Source: a virus. Taken from it: a stretch of DNA of 64,000 nt. The stretch lies in IMG/VR virus record IMGVR_UViG_3300027709_000056, positions 96,001-160,000 of that record; one strand, 5' to 3'. The notes below the pieces were generated by a model. It ran no database searches. It was not told the origin of the DNA and saw only the letters and a list, made by a program, of their open reading frames with translations. Below, piece by piece: positions 9,570 to 19,467 of the stretch (positions are counted from its first letter, which is position 1; every line of letters starts with the position of its first letter). A program made the position numbers and the translations under genes.

Positions 9570-10068
9570 GACTTAACTCCTGACGCATTTCTAATTCAGT
9601 TTTAAAAGGTCCTTTGTGTTCATATTTTTCTAAAGTGACTTCTTTCGGACAAAAACTTTTAACCCAACCCTTGTCAAAATGGATTATAAAGTATCCTGCA
9701 CAATATAAACTTTTAGATTTTTTGCTTTTAGTAAATAATGCTCGTTTCTTTTTAAGATCATACATAGCATTGTAAGGTACTGTACTAGTTGCTAAATGAT
9801 AAATTTCTTTTGAAACTGTTTTATTAGCATCACTTATTGTAGCAGAACTCCAAAGAATTTCACCGCCGATTCCTTCTTTAAGATCTGGTAAGCAATTATA
9901 ATATTCAGTTCTTGACCTGCAACCTACTGGTTCACATGGTCGCTGACAACAATACATATAATGATTGTTTTCGTCTTTAGATAATGTGCCTAGTTTTTTT
10001 CCGTGAACAGCATCTTCAATTATCCAGAATTTATTTTTTAAAATTTCCTTTGCTTTTACATCTGTCAT
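9556..10068 (-). CDS. Hypothetical protein
   Basis: 170-aa ORF, ATGA coupling to RNase H gene. Confidence 0.7.
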   Translation of the reverse strand: MTDVKAKEILKNKFWIIEDAVHGKKLGTLSKDENNHYMYCCQRPCEPVGCRSRTEYYNCLPDLKEGIGGEILWSSATISDANKTVSKEIYHLATSTVPYNAMYDLKKKRALFTKSKKSKSLYCAGYFIIHFDKGWVKSFCPKEVTLEKYEHKGPFKTELEMRQELSRANR

Positions 10069-11051
10069 AATACAGGGTACCTCGCTTGTAATGGCTCAGC
10101 ATACGCCTGAGCATTATCAGTTATTCTTTGCATATCATAAATTGCACAGAATTTCATTAATCGCAAACCTACTTGCGGTATGTTTTTAGGTTGTGCGTTT
10201 TCAATTATTGTATTCTTAATTTTTTCTTTAATATATTCAGGTTGTGCAGTTAAGTCACATAGTTCTACATTTCTATTATAATCATCTAATACTCTATGCT
10301 CTTTGCCTTCATGATCAACCCAACGTTGTAACATCAAATTATTCCAACTGTAACCTTTTGTAGTCATATCATTAAATGCTTCTTCTAAGCCTACCTTGTT
10401 TCTTGTGCCTGATTTTCTTACACCAGGATATGCAGAAAAGACATTATCACTAGTATCACCTCGTACACATTTTTCAAATAATAGCCATTCTGGATTAGGT
10501 GCTGGTTTATCTTTTCCTGTCTTTTTATCGATTACTCGTTTTCCTTTTTCGTCAAAATATCCTTCGTGTGTAATAGTTACATTTGACACACCGTTATATT
10601 GACACACCTTAGGTGAAATTAATTGTGCAAAATCACCATCTGTTGATATAATTGCGTGTTCGTCATTAGGATGATGGTCAATCCAACCTGCAATTAAATC
10701 ATCAGCTTCTAATTCGTCATGCTGTAAAACAGTACAATTTGTTTTATTTGTTATAAAGTCTCTAAAGTTATCAAACGTTTCCCAAAAGACTTGTTCTTCT
10801 TCTTGTTCTTTTTCTGTTAGAGCATCACGTGCCGCTTGCCTATTTCTTTTATATGGTTCATAAACATCTTTACGCCAACTACGTCCTTCTAAACAAAATA
10901 CAATATGATCTGCATCAAAGTCGTTCCAGGCTTTCTTTAAACTATTAAAAGTAATATGGAAAGCCATACCTACCTTCATATCAGTTTCACCACGTACTAC
11001 ATGACGAGCTCTAAAGAACGTATTTGCTGTATCAACTAAAACATATTTCAT
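10065..11051 (-). CDS. rnh: T4-type RNase H / 5'-3' exonuclease (FEN-like)
   Basis: VDTANTFFR, EADDLIA, STDGDFAQL, GDTSDN acidic motifs. Confidence 0.85.
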   Translation of the reverse strand: MKYVLVDTANTFFRARHVVRGETDMKVGMAFHITFNSLKKAWNDFDADHIVFCLEGRSWRKDVYEPYKRNRQAARDALTEKEQEEEQVFWETFDNFRDFITNKTNCTVLQHDELEADDLIAGWIDHHPNDEHAIISTDGDFAQLISPKVCQYNGVSNVTITHEGYFDEKGKRVIDKKTGKDKPAPNPEWLLFEKCVRGDTSDNVFSAYPGVRKSGTRNKVGLEEAFNDMTTKGYSWNNLMLQRWVDHEGKEHRVLDDYNRNVELCDLTAQPEYIKEKIKNTIIENAQPKNIPQVGLRLMKFCAIYDMQRITDNAQAYAEPLQARYPVL

Positions 11052-11428
11052 TATGAAATCTCACTTTTACCATCCTTATTAGGCGAGCCTACATTAATAT
11101 AACCTGCACCTCTTGATGGATCTAATCCTTGTTCACTTAAAATATTTCGTGCAACGTCTTTAAACCAACCATCAACTATTTGCTCATTAGTTTCGCCTTT
11201 ATAGCCAGCATCTAATAATTGTTCAATAAATTCGTTGTTCCAATCAAGTTCAAAGAATCCGTTTTTAATGTCTTTTGGATTTACGTGAGTTTCTAAAACT
11301 GCTACCCAAGGCTTTTTAGCCTTTTCAGCCGCTTTCTTTTCTTCCATTAGTAAAGTAAGACGATCCTTTTCCTTTGGATTCTTTTTTACTTTTGGAAGGT
11401 TAAGTAATTCTTTAATTTTATCTAACAT
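11051..11428 (-). CDS. Hypothetical protein
   Basis: 125-aa ORF, TAATG overlap. Confidence 0.7.
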   Translation of the reverse strand: MLDKIKELLNLPKVKKNPKEKDRLTLLMEEKKAAEKAKKPWVAVLETHVNPKDIKNGFFELDWNNEFIEQLLDAGYKGETNEQIVDGWFKDVARNILSEQGLDPSRGAGYINVGSPNKDGKSEIS

Positions 11429-11461
11429 AATTATATTCCCGAATGTCTAATTTTTTCCATA

Positions 11462-12328
11462 TCAAGTTCCCCAGGAGTTTCCGAAGATATCGACGTGTAG
11501 TCTGGGTGTGTATCTCCATCCTCTTCCCATTGCAAGTTTGGCGACTGTTTTTGCGTTTTCTTGGTATTCTTCGTAACACCCACCCACGGCCATACAGTAA
11601 ACTGGACACTCAACCCCGGCAGATTTGTACTCGTCCACAGCTTTAGTAACTTCGTCCACATCCACTTCGTCAGCCACGACAAACTTAAGATACAAGTGAG
11701 TCCCAGGGACAGTAAAATATGAATCAGCAACTTTAGGCTTGATAGCATCACTCCATAACTCACCACTGACAGTAAGTTTCGGAGAGCACGACCAAGTAGT
11801 ATGAAATCTTGCTTTAGTTGAGATGTAGTCTCTGAAATCATCTCTAAGCTCTTGTGTAGTGTTTGTTTCAAACGTAACATTCTTTAAATCTCCCATTTTT
11901 GGATGTTCAAACAGGTCTACATACATCCGTTGCCATCCAAGCAAAGGTTCACCCCCTGTTATTACAAGGTGAATATCTTGTCCATTATTACAAGTCCATT
12001 TGCCTTCTGGTGTAAGAGAAAGTAATTCATCAACTAGATCGTCTAATTGGTAATCCGTAGTAAACTTTTTAAATCTTGGATCCCATGATGCATAAGAATC
12101 ACAACCCCTATGCACTAATGGCAAATCTTTCAATACTTTGTACTTATCCGGGTTTTCCTGGTGGTCTTTAGCAATCAGGTTGTAGTCATTAGCCAATTCA
12201 CCTCTTGGCATACCAAAACCACGGCATTTAAAGTTGCACCCATACATACGCAGGAAAACCGAAGGTACACCAACAAAGCGACCTTCTCCTTGCACACTAT
12301 AGAATGATTCGCACACTCTAGCCTTCAT
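11462..12328 (-). CDS. queE: 7-carboxy-7-deazaguanine synthase (radical SAM)
   Basis: ESFYSVQGEG, VFLRMYGC, ITGGEP, ETN, SPK, PRLH motifs; cysteine motif is CX3CX40C. Confidence 0.9.
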   Translation of the reverse strand: MKARVCESFYSVQGEGRFVGVPSVFLRMYGCNFKCRGFGMPRGELANDYNLIAKDHQENPDKYKVLKDLPLVHRGCDSYASWDPRFKKFTTDYQLDDLVDELLSLTPEGKWTCNNGQDIHLVITGGEPLLGWQRMYVDLFEHPKMGDLKNVTFETNTTQELRDDFRDYISTKARFHTTWSCSPKLTVSGELWSDAIKPKVADSYFTVPGTHLYLKFVVADEVDVDEVTKAVDEYKSAGVECPVYCMAVGGCYEEYQENAKTVAKLAMGRGWRYTPRLHVDIFGNSWGT

Positions 12329-12476
12329 ATATCTTCTCCCTTATAACAGCCTTATCATAGCCTAATCTGGACATTTCGTCCAAAAACTTTTCTTCTGTCC
12401 AAGCACCATACTCAAACATTTGTATTGCTTTATTCACTTTACGATTCCAAAACTCTCTTACAGACGAAACACTCAT
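12318..12476 (-). CDS. Small hypothetical protein (52 aa; not in ORF track)
   Basis: Read manually: MSVSSVREFWNRKVNKAIQMFEYGAWTEEKFLDEMSRLGYDKAVIREKIYEG; fills the folE-queE gap with overlaps at both ends. Confidence 0.65.
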   Translation of the reverse strand: MSVSSVREFWNRKVNKAIQMFEYGAWTEEKFLDEMSRLGYDKAVIREKIYEG

Positions 12477-13159
12477 TTTGAATGTCCTTTCATGCTTAAA
12501 CAGATATCATAAAATTCTTGTTTTAGTGCTGGGTCTTCACTAAATGCACCTAGCATAATTGCAGTAGTCATATCTGATTCGTGTTCTTTTACACCACGTT
12601 GTGTCATACAATGGTGTTCTGCTTTAACTACAACCGCTACGTGTTTTGTTTTTGCAAACGTTGAAAGTTCATTTGCAATTTCTGTAGTCATTTCTTCTTG
12701 TATTTGTGGGCGTTCGGCGATGTGATGTACTAGTCTATTAAACTTACTCAGACCAATAACTTCTTCTTCAGGTATAATGCCAACCCAAGCATTACCTACA
12801 ATATTTTGAAAGTGATGGGCACAAGTGGACCGAACACTTATTGGTCCACTCGTATACAAAGATTTGTAACCCATATTGGGAAAACTTGTTACCGCAGGTC
12901 GCGGATTAAACCGACCTCCGAAGATTTCGCGAACATACATTTTTGCAACACGTTTTGCTGTATTGCGAGTATTATGATCGTTTTCAGTATCTATTACGAG
13001 AGAATCAAGAACTACTTGAAACGCTTCCTGAACTTCCGTTTCAAGTTGTTCTTTCTCATATTCATAGATATGTTCGCTGATATTATCATTCGCATGAAAT
13101 CTTATGCCTGCGTCTATCAGCCTTTGTCGAATTTGTGTACTTACTTTTCCCAATGTCAT
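12473..13159 (-). CDS. folE: GTP cyclohydrolase I
   Basis: TAKRVAKMY, STCAHHF, GLSKFNR, QIQE, HHCM..RG motifs. Confidence 0.95.
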   Translation of the reverse strand: MTLGKVSTQIRQRLIDAGIRFHANDNISEHIYEYEKEQLETEVQEAFQVVLDSLVIDTENDHNTRNTAKRVAKMYVREIFGGRFNPRPAVTSFPNMGYKSLYTSGPISVRSTCAHHFQNIVGNAWVGIIPEEEVIGLSKFNRLVHHIAERPQIQEEMTTEIANELSTFAKTKHVAVVVKAEHHCMTQRGVKEHESDMTTAIMLGAFSEDPALKQEFYDICLSMKGHSK

Positions 13160-13201
13160 TCTCCGATGTTAAGGCAGTGGATTGCCATAATCTAATATAC
13201 T

Positions 13202-13230
13202 ATTGTATAGTATATTTAGGTTTTTGTCAA
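13202..13230 (-). promoter_or_regulatory. sigma70-type promoter
   Basis: TTGACA-17 nt-TACAAT upstream of folE. Confidence 0.75.
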
Positions 13231-13235
13231 GCATT

Positions 13236-13433
13236 TTAGAAATGTTTGTTAGCCATTTCAAGCATATCATTATACTTGGCAATTAATTCAATTTCAGTAC
13301 TGATCGTACTGATCATGTCAGGATGGTCTGCTACGCCGGTAGTATTATTGAGTAGTACCTCAACATTAGCTACTGACTTTGCAATTTGGCCTGCCATGTG
13401 TGCCTTAAAAGCTTCTAAGAGTTTCTCTCTCAT
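13236..13433 (-). CDS. Hypothetical helical protein
   Basis: 65-aa ORF with SD GGAG. Confidence 0.65.
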   Translation of the reverse strand: MREKLLEAFKAHMAGQIAKSVANVEVLLNNTTGVADHPDMISTISTEIELIAKYNDMLEMANKHF

Positions 13434-13435
13434 AG

Positions 13436-14317
13436 TTATTCTCCTTTCAAAGGGTTAAATTGTGATGGTAGATATTCTAAAGCAATTTGTTGATGAATTT
13501 CTTCATCAAAGTGTTCGCCATCTTTAGTGTGCTTTAGTATGTCTACTTGTTTATTCTGCAAGAACCAATCTTCTACAGAATCTGGTGCTACTTGAATACT
13601 ATCAAAATTATAAAAATCATTCATCATAGGTGGTATCCAAGTCCATTTATTTAAACCAAAAAGTTTCAGTTCGGCTCCGTATTCTTTACAAAGTGTTTGT
13701 AAAATATATATTTCTTTAAACCAATCTCGCTGATTCTTTAGGCTCATAATCTCCATCCAAGTTTTAACTTGCATATATGGGGTATCTCTTAAGTCAGGAG
13801 TTTTCCAATGAAATGCTGGTTTCATTTCTATTTCTAACTCTGGTTTCTTTTTCATATCAACTGCATGAACTTGTAATGGCATATCAAATGCTCTAAATAA
13901 AGATAGATTACGTTCATTAAGTGCTATATGTTTACTCCAACAATCGATATTTCCTTTTGTTGTTTCTTTAAAAAATAAGTCTTCGTATTGAATAACATTT
14001 TCATAGTCTGGTGGTTCTACCCAAGTTACTCTAAAACGATTCCAATATGTATTTTGTATTACAACTTCTTTAATGTCATCATATTTTCTAAAAAGAAAAC
14101 TTAACCATTCGCTATATTCCCACCAACCATTAGATGGGTTTGCAAATATAACACCATCAGCACCTTTACTATTAATATAAAACTCAGCCCAATTATTATC
14201 ATTCCATCTACCTGAGAATGGCCAAGTTTCAAAATTTAATGGTGTATTGTCATCAGCAGGCATATCAGCTATATGATATCCACAAGTATGACTACAACCT
14301 AGTGCCGCAATTCTCAT
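13436..14317 (-). CDS. SGNH/GDSL-like hydrolase-fold protein
   Basis: N-terminal LGCS and C-terminal DGEH (DxxH) motifs. Confidence 0.55.
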   Translation of the reverse strand: MRIAALGCSHTCGYHIADMPADDNTPLNFETWPFSGRWNDNNWAEFYINSKGADGVIFANPSNGWWEYSEWLSFLFRKYDDIKEVVIQNTYWNRFRVTWVEPPDYENVIQYEDLFFKETTKGNIDCWSKHIALNERNLSLFRAFDMPLQVHAVDMKKKPELEIEMKPAFHWKTPDLRDTPYMQVKTWMEIMSLKNQRDWFKEIYILQTLCKEYGAELKLFGLNKWTWIPPMMNDFYNFDSIQVAPDSVEDWFLQNKQVDILKHTKDGEHFDEEIHQQIALEYLPSQFNPLKGE

Positions 14318-14724
14318 TCAAACAGCCTCATTTGTTTTTCGTCGTCGTCTTCAGCAAACTCATTCCAGTCTTTTTTATAGTTCCCTTTATCAGGAATAGC
14401 ATGACGCACTCCTCCAGTCGGATCAGATACATCAGCTTTACGTCTAGGAATTAAATGTACGTGAGCATACATTATAGATTGTCCTGCTTCACGCCCAACG
14501 TTTTGTCCAATGTTATAAGCATCACAATATCCTTTTTGCACCCAATCATAACCCCATTGGTAAGCGGCCTTATAACATTTTGCTAAATGTTCCCAGTCTT
14601 CTATTTTAGGAACAAATAATAAATGTCCTTCAGTTACCGGATACTTGTCTTTCCATACATAAAAGTCTTTAGTTTTAATTAAAGGTTCATTATTTAAATA
14701 CCAAACGGTTTCTTCAAGTTTCAT
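14314..14724 (-). CDS. HIT family nucleotide hydrolase
   Basis: DKYPVTEGHLLFVPK, NIGQNVG...AGQS, HVHLIPRR. Confidence 0.9.
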   Translation of the reverse strand: MKLEETVWYLNNEPLIKTKDFYVWKDKYPVTEGHLLFVPKIEDWEHLAKCYKAAYQWGYDWVQKGYCDAYNIGQNVGREAGQSIMYAHVHLIPRRKADVSDPTGGVRHAIPDKGNYKKDWNEFAEDDDEKQMRLFE

Positions 14725-14966
14725 TTGTCATGCTCCTCAACCCATTCAAGTACATTCATCATTGTATGCAATCGTTTACGGGCTTCATTAAGATTAAGTG
14801 CAGGTACCCAAGCAGTACCTTTATTTTGTTGCATCTCTAACATAATGTCCTTATGCTTATCTCCTTTTGTAAATTTAATAACGTCTGATGTTTTAAATTT
14901 TAAAACGAAGACTTCTTTTTTCTTTTTAAATGGTATAACATTAGTCATCTTTATAACTTCCAACAT
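14721..14966 (-). CDS. Hypothetical protein
   Basis: 81-aa ORF in operon (true start may be the second Met). Confidence 0.55.
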   Translation of the reverse strand: MLEVIKMTNVIPFKKKKEVFVLKFKTSDVIKFTKGDKHKDIMLEMQQNKGTAWVPALNLNEARKRLHTMMNVLEWVEEHDK

Positions 14967-15423
14967 TTTCCCAAGGGTATACTAACCATACATCATCTTC
15001 GGCTTTGTTTACTTCGTGAGCCCAATACTTAACATCTTGGAATTCACTTGATAAATTTTCAGTTAAAACTGCAAAGCGGACATTGTTCATACTAGAATTA
15101 ATACACCAATCGTGTCTAATCCAATTAAAAGTAGCACCTGTATCATTAATGTCATCTATTACTAAAATATTTTTTCTTTTTGATACAGCGTCTTCGGCCA
15201 TCCATGTATTAGATTCATTTTTTCTAGCATGATCACGTAAAGCAACCTTTAATGATTCACATCTAATATCTAGCATATTACTTAATATAGCCGCAGGTAT
15301 ATTGCCCCCTCTTGTGATTCCTACAATGTATTCAGGTATCCATTTATCTTTGTACATACCAAGTACAATTTGTTTACACATATTTTCTATGTTAGTCCAA
15401 CTGTAATAATGTTTTTTAACCAT
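14941..15423 (-). CDS. Type I phosphoribosyltransferase (Gpt-like)
   Basis: VGITRGG, LVIDDINDTGAT PRPP-binding loop, WLVYPWE. Confidence 0.9.
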   Translation of the reverse strand: MVKKHYYSWTNIENMCKQIVLGMYKDKWIPEYIVGITRGGNIPAAILSNMLDIRCESLKVALRDHARKNESNTWMAEDAVSKRKNILVIDDINDTGATFNWIRHDWCINSSMNNVRFAVLTENLSSEFQDVKYWAHEVNKAEDDVWLVYPWENVGSYKDD

Positions 15424-16048
15424 TTATAATCCTTATATTGTCTTCCGGCGTACGACCTTCTATTCCATTACCTGGATATTTTAAAGGCGTCTCAAGCCAA
15501 GCTGTTCTTCGCTTGTTCATCACCTCTTGTGACACAAACTTTAATGCAGGTGTAAAACGTTGTCTACCTCGTAACCCTGTTGCTGTATGCGACATTGTAC
15601 TTGGGAACGTCATAATACGTCCTGGAATCGGTGCTACACTATGAATAATCTGTTTAGGATCTATTAAAATTTTAGTTTCACCTCCTTCATTAATATCCCA
15701 AAAAGTTTGTGGATAAAATAATAGTGTCATTGCTTTAGGGTCTGCATCATCAGTATGATAATAAGCATTTTCTCCCGGAGCAAAAAAATTACAAGAAGAT
15801 TTAAAAAGAACTAGTCCGTTAAGTTCTGGACAATGTTCTTCACAAAATTTCCATAACAATTTAAAAGTTTCTGTATGTGTTATTCCTTCACAAGCCAGTC
15901 CTGTTGGAACAGGATTTTCTTTATTATCATATGCTCCAAAACTAAAAAGTAAACTTGAATTTTCTACTTCTAGTTCTCTAATTTTTTCAATTGGAAAAAC
16001 ATCGTCGTATATTTTAAGTCTACCATCAATGTGACTACCTATTATCAT
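15416..16048 (-). CDS. 2OG-Fe(II) oxygenase
   Basis: HTD ... GGET ... PGRIMTFPS..SHTA ... R. Confidence 0.85.
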   Translation of the reverse strand: MIIGSHIDGRLKIYDDVFPIEKIRELEVENSSLLFSFGAYDNKENPVPTGLACEGITHTETFKLLWKFCEEHCPELNGLVLFKSSCNFFAPGENAYYHTDDADPKAMTLLFYPQTFWDINEGGETKILIDPKQIIHSVAPIPGRIMTFPSTMSHTATGLRGRQRFTPALKFVSQEVMNKRRTAWLETPLKYPGNGIEGRTPEDNIRIING

Positions 16049-16473
16049 ATTCCGTATTTTTCCTTTAAATACTGTTCATTATTAATCCATTCACCGTTTC
16101 TTATAAATCCCCAGTCTTGTTGTTTTTGTCCCATAAAGAACAAACTCCAACACGGTATTTCGTTACCGTCTGTATCTTTTTTAAGTTCTAGTCTATGTAA
16201 AGATTGTGCTTTACAAAAACGAAAATGTCCTGGACCACGCCAAAATTTACCTTCAGGTGTGTGTTCGTAATATCCACCTTTTAAAATAATTGTAACATAA
16301 TCCCATGGATGATCATGTAAGTCATCTAAGTCGCTAACTAAAATTTTATGTAATGTGAGGTTAAACGGAAACCTTTTTCTATCTTTTAAAAACAAATAAT
16401 ACCTAACCAAATACGGAATTTTATTATACCGATCATATATAACTCGTTTTCTATTTTTAAACAGACCCATCAT
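16045..16473 (-). CDS. Cupin-fold protein
   Basis: LHDHPW, ILKGGYYE, HRLEL, WSLF cupin motifs. Confidence 0.75.
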   Translation of the reverse strand: MMGLFKNRKRVIYDRYNKIPYLVRYYLFLKDRKRFPFNLTLHKILVSDLDDLHDHPWDYVTIILKGGYYEHTPEGKFWRGPGHFRFCKAQSLHRLELKKDTDGNEIPCWSLFFMGQKQQDWGFIRNGEWINNEQYLKEKYGI

Positions 16474-16810
16474 TTACAGGTTCCTCGTATGTATAATCAT
16501 CTTTAACTAGATCATAGACAGTTTTAAATTTTTCATATTGCAATTTAAGTCCAGGATATTTTTTAATCATATCCTCAATAACTACTTCTGATGGCCAATT
16601 GTCAAATGTCTGTCTCTGCCATTCAGTTCCTAAAGCATTATTATCTATGTTTATACTGATAGGTGTACTAGGTGCTGTTACAGTACCATAGTTTGTACTA
16701 GCATCAAATGATACAGTAAGACTAGAATCAGAGTCTCCTGCTATAGATGGAGTAGTATCATATGATATTTTATACTCAGGTTTTGGAAGTGTTGATGTAT
16801 CAACTGTCAT
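16457..16810 (-). CDS. Hypothetical protein
   Basis: 117-aa ORF, Ser/Thr-rich N-terminal half. Confidence 0.65.
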   Translation of the reverse strand: MTVDTSTLPKPEYKISYDTTPSIAGDSDSSLTVSFDASTNYGTVTAPSTPISINIDNNALGTEWQRQTFDNWPSEVVIEDMIKKYPGLKLQYEKFKTVYDLVKDDYTYEEPVNDGSV

Positions 16811-17882
16811 AGTTTATTCCTTCATAAAGTTTTTTACCGCTAAAATAATCTGCTTTTAATTTAGCGACTTGCTTTTGTATTAAAGGAAGGTAACTATCAT
16901 AATTTTCTATATAATTCGTAATTCTTTCTCTAATATCTGCTTTGTGATGCGTGTATGCTTTAAATGTCGTTGTCCATTCTGACGGATATTTAAATTCTTC
17001 TAATCCCATTTCTTTATAACTTAAACGATCTGGGACCATCGGGATTGCATTAACTAACGCACCTTCATACCAACTAATACCTAATGTTTCTTGTAAGTTA
17101 GCACTAAACACAATTTTAGCACGACCTAATAGGTTATGATATTCATTCTTTGTTAAAGTTTGATCTTGACATACAACAAATTCATAATCTGGTAATTGTG
17201 TTCTTAAATCTCTAAATATATCTGGTTGTTTTTCTGGAGCAATTCTATGTGGGAAAAGAATTAAATTTTCTTTGTCCATATGTTTGTAACTATCTAAACT
17301 TTTTGCTAGATACTCCATAGGCCATCCAGTACGTATAACTTTCTTTTTACTAGCTTGTGGAGTTAATCCAATATGGCTTTCTACATTATCAAATGTACTA
17401 GCAAACATATCAATATGGAAATTGGTTGCAAAGTAATTATGATCATATACTTCAAACATAGATTGTTCTGCATATCTGCACCAAGGTGCATCGCCAATTA
17501 ATCTACCTAAAAAGTCTGCTGGATCATAACTACCGGCGTGCCACATACCACCTATTTTAATCTTAACGCCTAATAGTTCTGCCATATATTTTAATTGTAT
17601 AACAGTAGGATTCCATGCATCTGTATATAAGAAATAATCACCATGATGTATTCGTCCTTTACAGAACATTTCGCCTATTTGTTCTAACTGATTACTTTTG
17701 TAAACGTTAGTTCCGCCAAAGTTAAGAAAAGCCCCCGGCGTTGTAGCCTGCGGGGCCTCTCCTCCACTTATAACTACGACATCTTTACCTGTAGCTTTCC
17801 GTAGTTGTACTGGCAGGTACTCTTTCCACTGTTTAGTGTACCTTGTATCAACTGCTTCTATGTCTACAATATAAATTGTCAT
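16800..17882 (-). CDS. GT-B (GT4-like) glycosyltransferase, start re-assigned to MTIYIVDIE
   Basis: FPHRIAPEKQP and ETLGISWYEG (E-x7-E-like) motifs; ATGA overlap at 17879-17882. Confidence 0.75.
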   Translation of the reverse strand: MTIYIVDIEAVDTRYTKQWKEYLPVQLRKATGKDVVVISGGEAPQATTPGAFLNFGGTNVYKSNQLEQIGEMFCKGRIHHGDYFLYTDAWNPTVIQLKYMAELLGVKIKIGGMWHAGSYDPADFLGRLIGDAPWCRYAEQSMFEVYDHNYFATNFHIDMFASTFDNVESHIGLTPQASKKKVIRTGWPMEYLAKSLDSYKHMDKENLILFPHRIAPEKQPDIFRDLRTQLPDYEFVVCQDQTLTKNEYHNLLGRAKIVFSANLQETLGISWYEGALVNAIPMVPDRLSYKEMGLEEFKYPSEWTTTFKAYTHHKADIRERITNYIENYDSYLPLIQKQVAKLKADYFSGKKLYEGINYDS

Positions 17883-18091
17883 TGTCTTCGTTTGTTCCTT
17901 CTTTGTCGGCTTCGTTGTTGTCGTTCTCTTCGAGCCTTTTCGGGGTCTAAGAACGCCTGCCAAACTTTTGACTTTTTATTATATAAATCTCTTTCATCAA
18001 ATTTATATCCTTCAAAACGACAAAAGTCTCTTAGTTTATCTAGATCATCAAAGATCTGTACTACGTCGGGTCGAGTTGCAAAATAGCCCAC
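17879..18091 (-). CDS. Small basic hypothetical protein
   Basis: 70-aa ORF with SD AGGAG; Arg-rich C-terminus. Confidence 0.7.
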   Translation of the reverse strand: MGYFATRPDVVQIFDDLDKLRDFCRFEGYKFDERDLYNKKSKVWQAFLDPEKARRERQQRSRQRRNKRRQ

Positions 18092-18108
18092 AATGTGTTC
18101 TCCTTCAT

Positions 18109-18549
18109 TTAGCTACGTGCATATTGAATATGGCAACCATTTTCGCCATCTTCAGAAATGTCAATGTTTACTGCTCGTGATTGATAACGTTCTGATATTT
18201 TATTATATAAATCATCAGCCATCATTTCACAAGATTTAAAGTCTACATTTAGTTCCCCTTCATATAGTTCCTCCAACCATCTTTTAAATTGTATAAACTC
18301 AATATCCCTATCATCGTGGAATACTTCGATCGCTACTTTAAAGTGGAAAATATGTCTGTGTAAATATCCTAAGAAAGATACATCAAACTTATCTCCAGTA
18401 GCTAGTTTTGGATCATCAAGTGCCGCAGGATACTTATGCATCCCTTCTTTGCGGAAGGTAACCCAAATCATTCTTGACGCAGATTGCATAATCTTTTTAT
18501 GTCTATCTTCGTCCATTTTTTCTAATACCATAGTGTCCATAGTACTCAT
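18109..18549 (-). CDS. queD: QueD-like 6-carboxy-tetrahydropterin synthase (T-fold)
   Basis: EGMH, HRHIFH, IEF..FK, SCE motifs; context with folE/queE. Confidence 0.7.
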   Translation of the reverse strand: MSTMDTMVLEKMDEDRHKKIMQSASRMIWVTFRKEGMHKYPAALDDPKLATGDKFDVSFLGYLHRHIFHFKVAIEVFHDDRDIEFIQFKRWLEELYEGELNVDFKSCEMMADDLYNKISERYQSRAVNIDISEDGENGCHIQYARS

Positions 18550-18578
18550 ATTATACTGCTTTCATTGTTATTTGTCAA
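18550..18578 (-). promoter_or_regulatory. sigma70-type promoter
   Basis: TTGACA-17 nt-TATAAT; -10 abuts the first ATG of the queD-like ORF. Confidence 0.8.
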
Positions 18579-19107
18579 CCTCTAGTTTTTCATCTTTAGA
18601 GTATTGATCCCAGTTTGTAAATTTTTTTCGATCCATCAAGTCGTGTATTTGGTGTATCCAAACCCCAGGATTAGTTGCGTCAAAATTCTCATCATCAATT
18701 TTAATACAAGCATTATAGTTTAACTGATCAATGTTTGGTAATTTAACACTAATCTGTGAAATAAATCTTTCATAATCATTATACTCTTGTTGTACTACCC
18801 AATTGTGATATTTAATATCATAATCAAGAGTTACCCAAAATCCTTTGTCGAGCAATCCTAATATGCTCTCAGACCATAATTTAATTTCACCTGAATGATT
18901 TTGTATTAAGTCTACGTGAAAACTGTGATTAGCACCAAGATAGATATGTTCGTTACCTTGATGTTCTGCGTGTTTAAGAATATCATCTAAAGACTGTGGT
19001 CCAACAACAAATAATGTGTCCATATCAAATGCAGGAGTTTTTTCTACTTCAAATCCAGTAAAAAATTTTACATCGGATTCTGTACCACTGCTATAAACAC
19101 GTTTCAT
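18568..19107 (-). CDS. Hypothetical protein within deazaguanine cluster
   Basis: 179-aa globular-looking ORF; HIYLGANHSF motif. Confidence 0.7.
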   Translation of the reverse strand: MKRVYSSGTESDVKFFTGFEVEKTPAFDMDTLFVVGPQSLDDILKHAEHQGNEHIYLGANHSFHVDLIQNHSGEIKLWSESILGLLDKGFWVTLDYDIKYHNWVVQQEYNDYERFISQISVKLPNIDQLNYNACIKIDDENFDATNPGVWIHQIHDLMDRKKFTNWDQYSKDEKLEVDK

Positions 19108-19424
19108 TATTTGTCATTCCCAGGATCTGTTTCGTCGCCATCAATTTGATCAATTGGTGCTTCACCTGTACCTTCATTCAGGACTTCCAAATTAGGTTTT
19201 TCTGTACAACCAACATGGACTAGTTCAACGTCCCATCCTTCTTTTAACATATCCCGGACAGCATCTAAGCCTCTTGATCGGATAGTATTTCCCCAATCTT
19301 CTACAAATTCAACACATTCGGGTTTAGTATCAAAATGTCTAGAAAGAACATTTACTATTTCGTCCCTTTCTACTCCACTTGGCTCTGTTAATGTAAATGC
19401 CAAAAGTAGCATAAAAGTTTTCAT
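19107..19424 (-). CDS. Hypothetical protein with possible signal peptide
   Basis: 105-aa ORF, MKTFMLLLAFTL start, SD GAGG. Confidence 0.6.
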   Translation of the reverse strand: MKTFMLLLAFTLTEPSGVERDEIVNVLSRHFDTKPECVEFVEDWGNTIRSRGLDAVRDMLKEGWDVELVHVGCTEKPNLEVLNEGTGEAPIDQIDGDETDPGNDK

Positions 19425-19467
19425 TGTTTTACCTCTTGTTTGCCTAAAAAAATACGATTACAATAAT

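Noticed and set aside
11431-11880. 149-aa ORF overlapping queE on the same strand
   Set aside because: Alternative frame within a well-supported gene; no SD or recognisable motifs
17883-17963. 27-aa N-terminal extension on the glycosyltransferase (and similar extensions on thyX, clamp loader, HAD, ACP-like, i-spanin)
   Set aside because: Extensions overlap upstream genes; internal ATGA/TAATG-coupled or SD-supported starts match family N-termini
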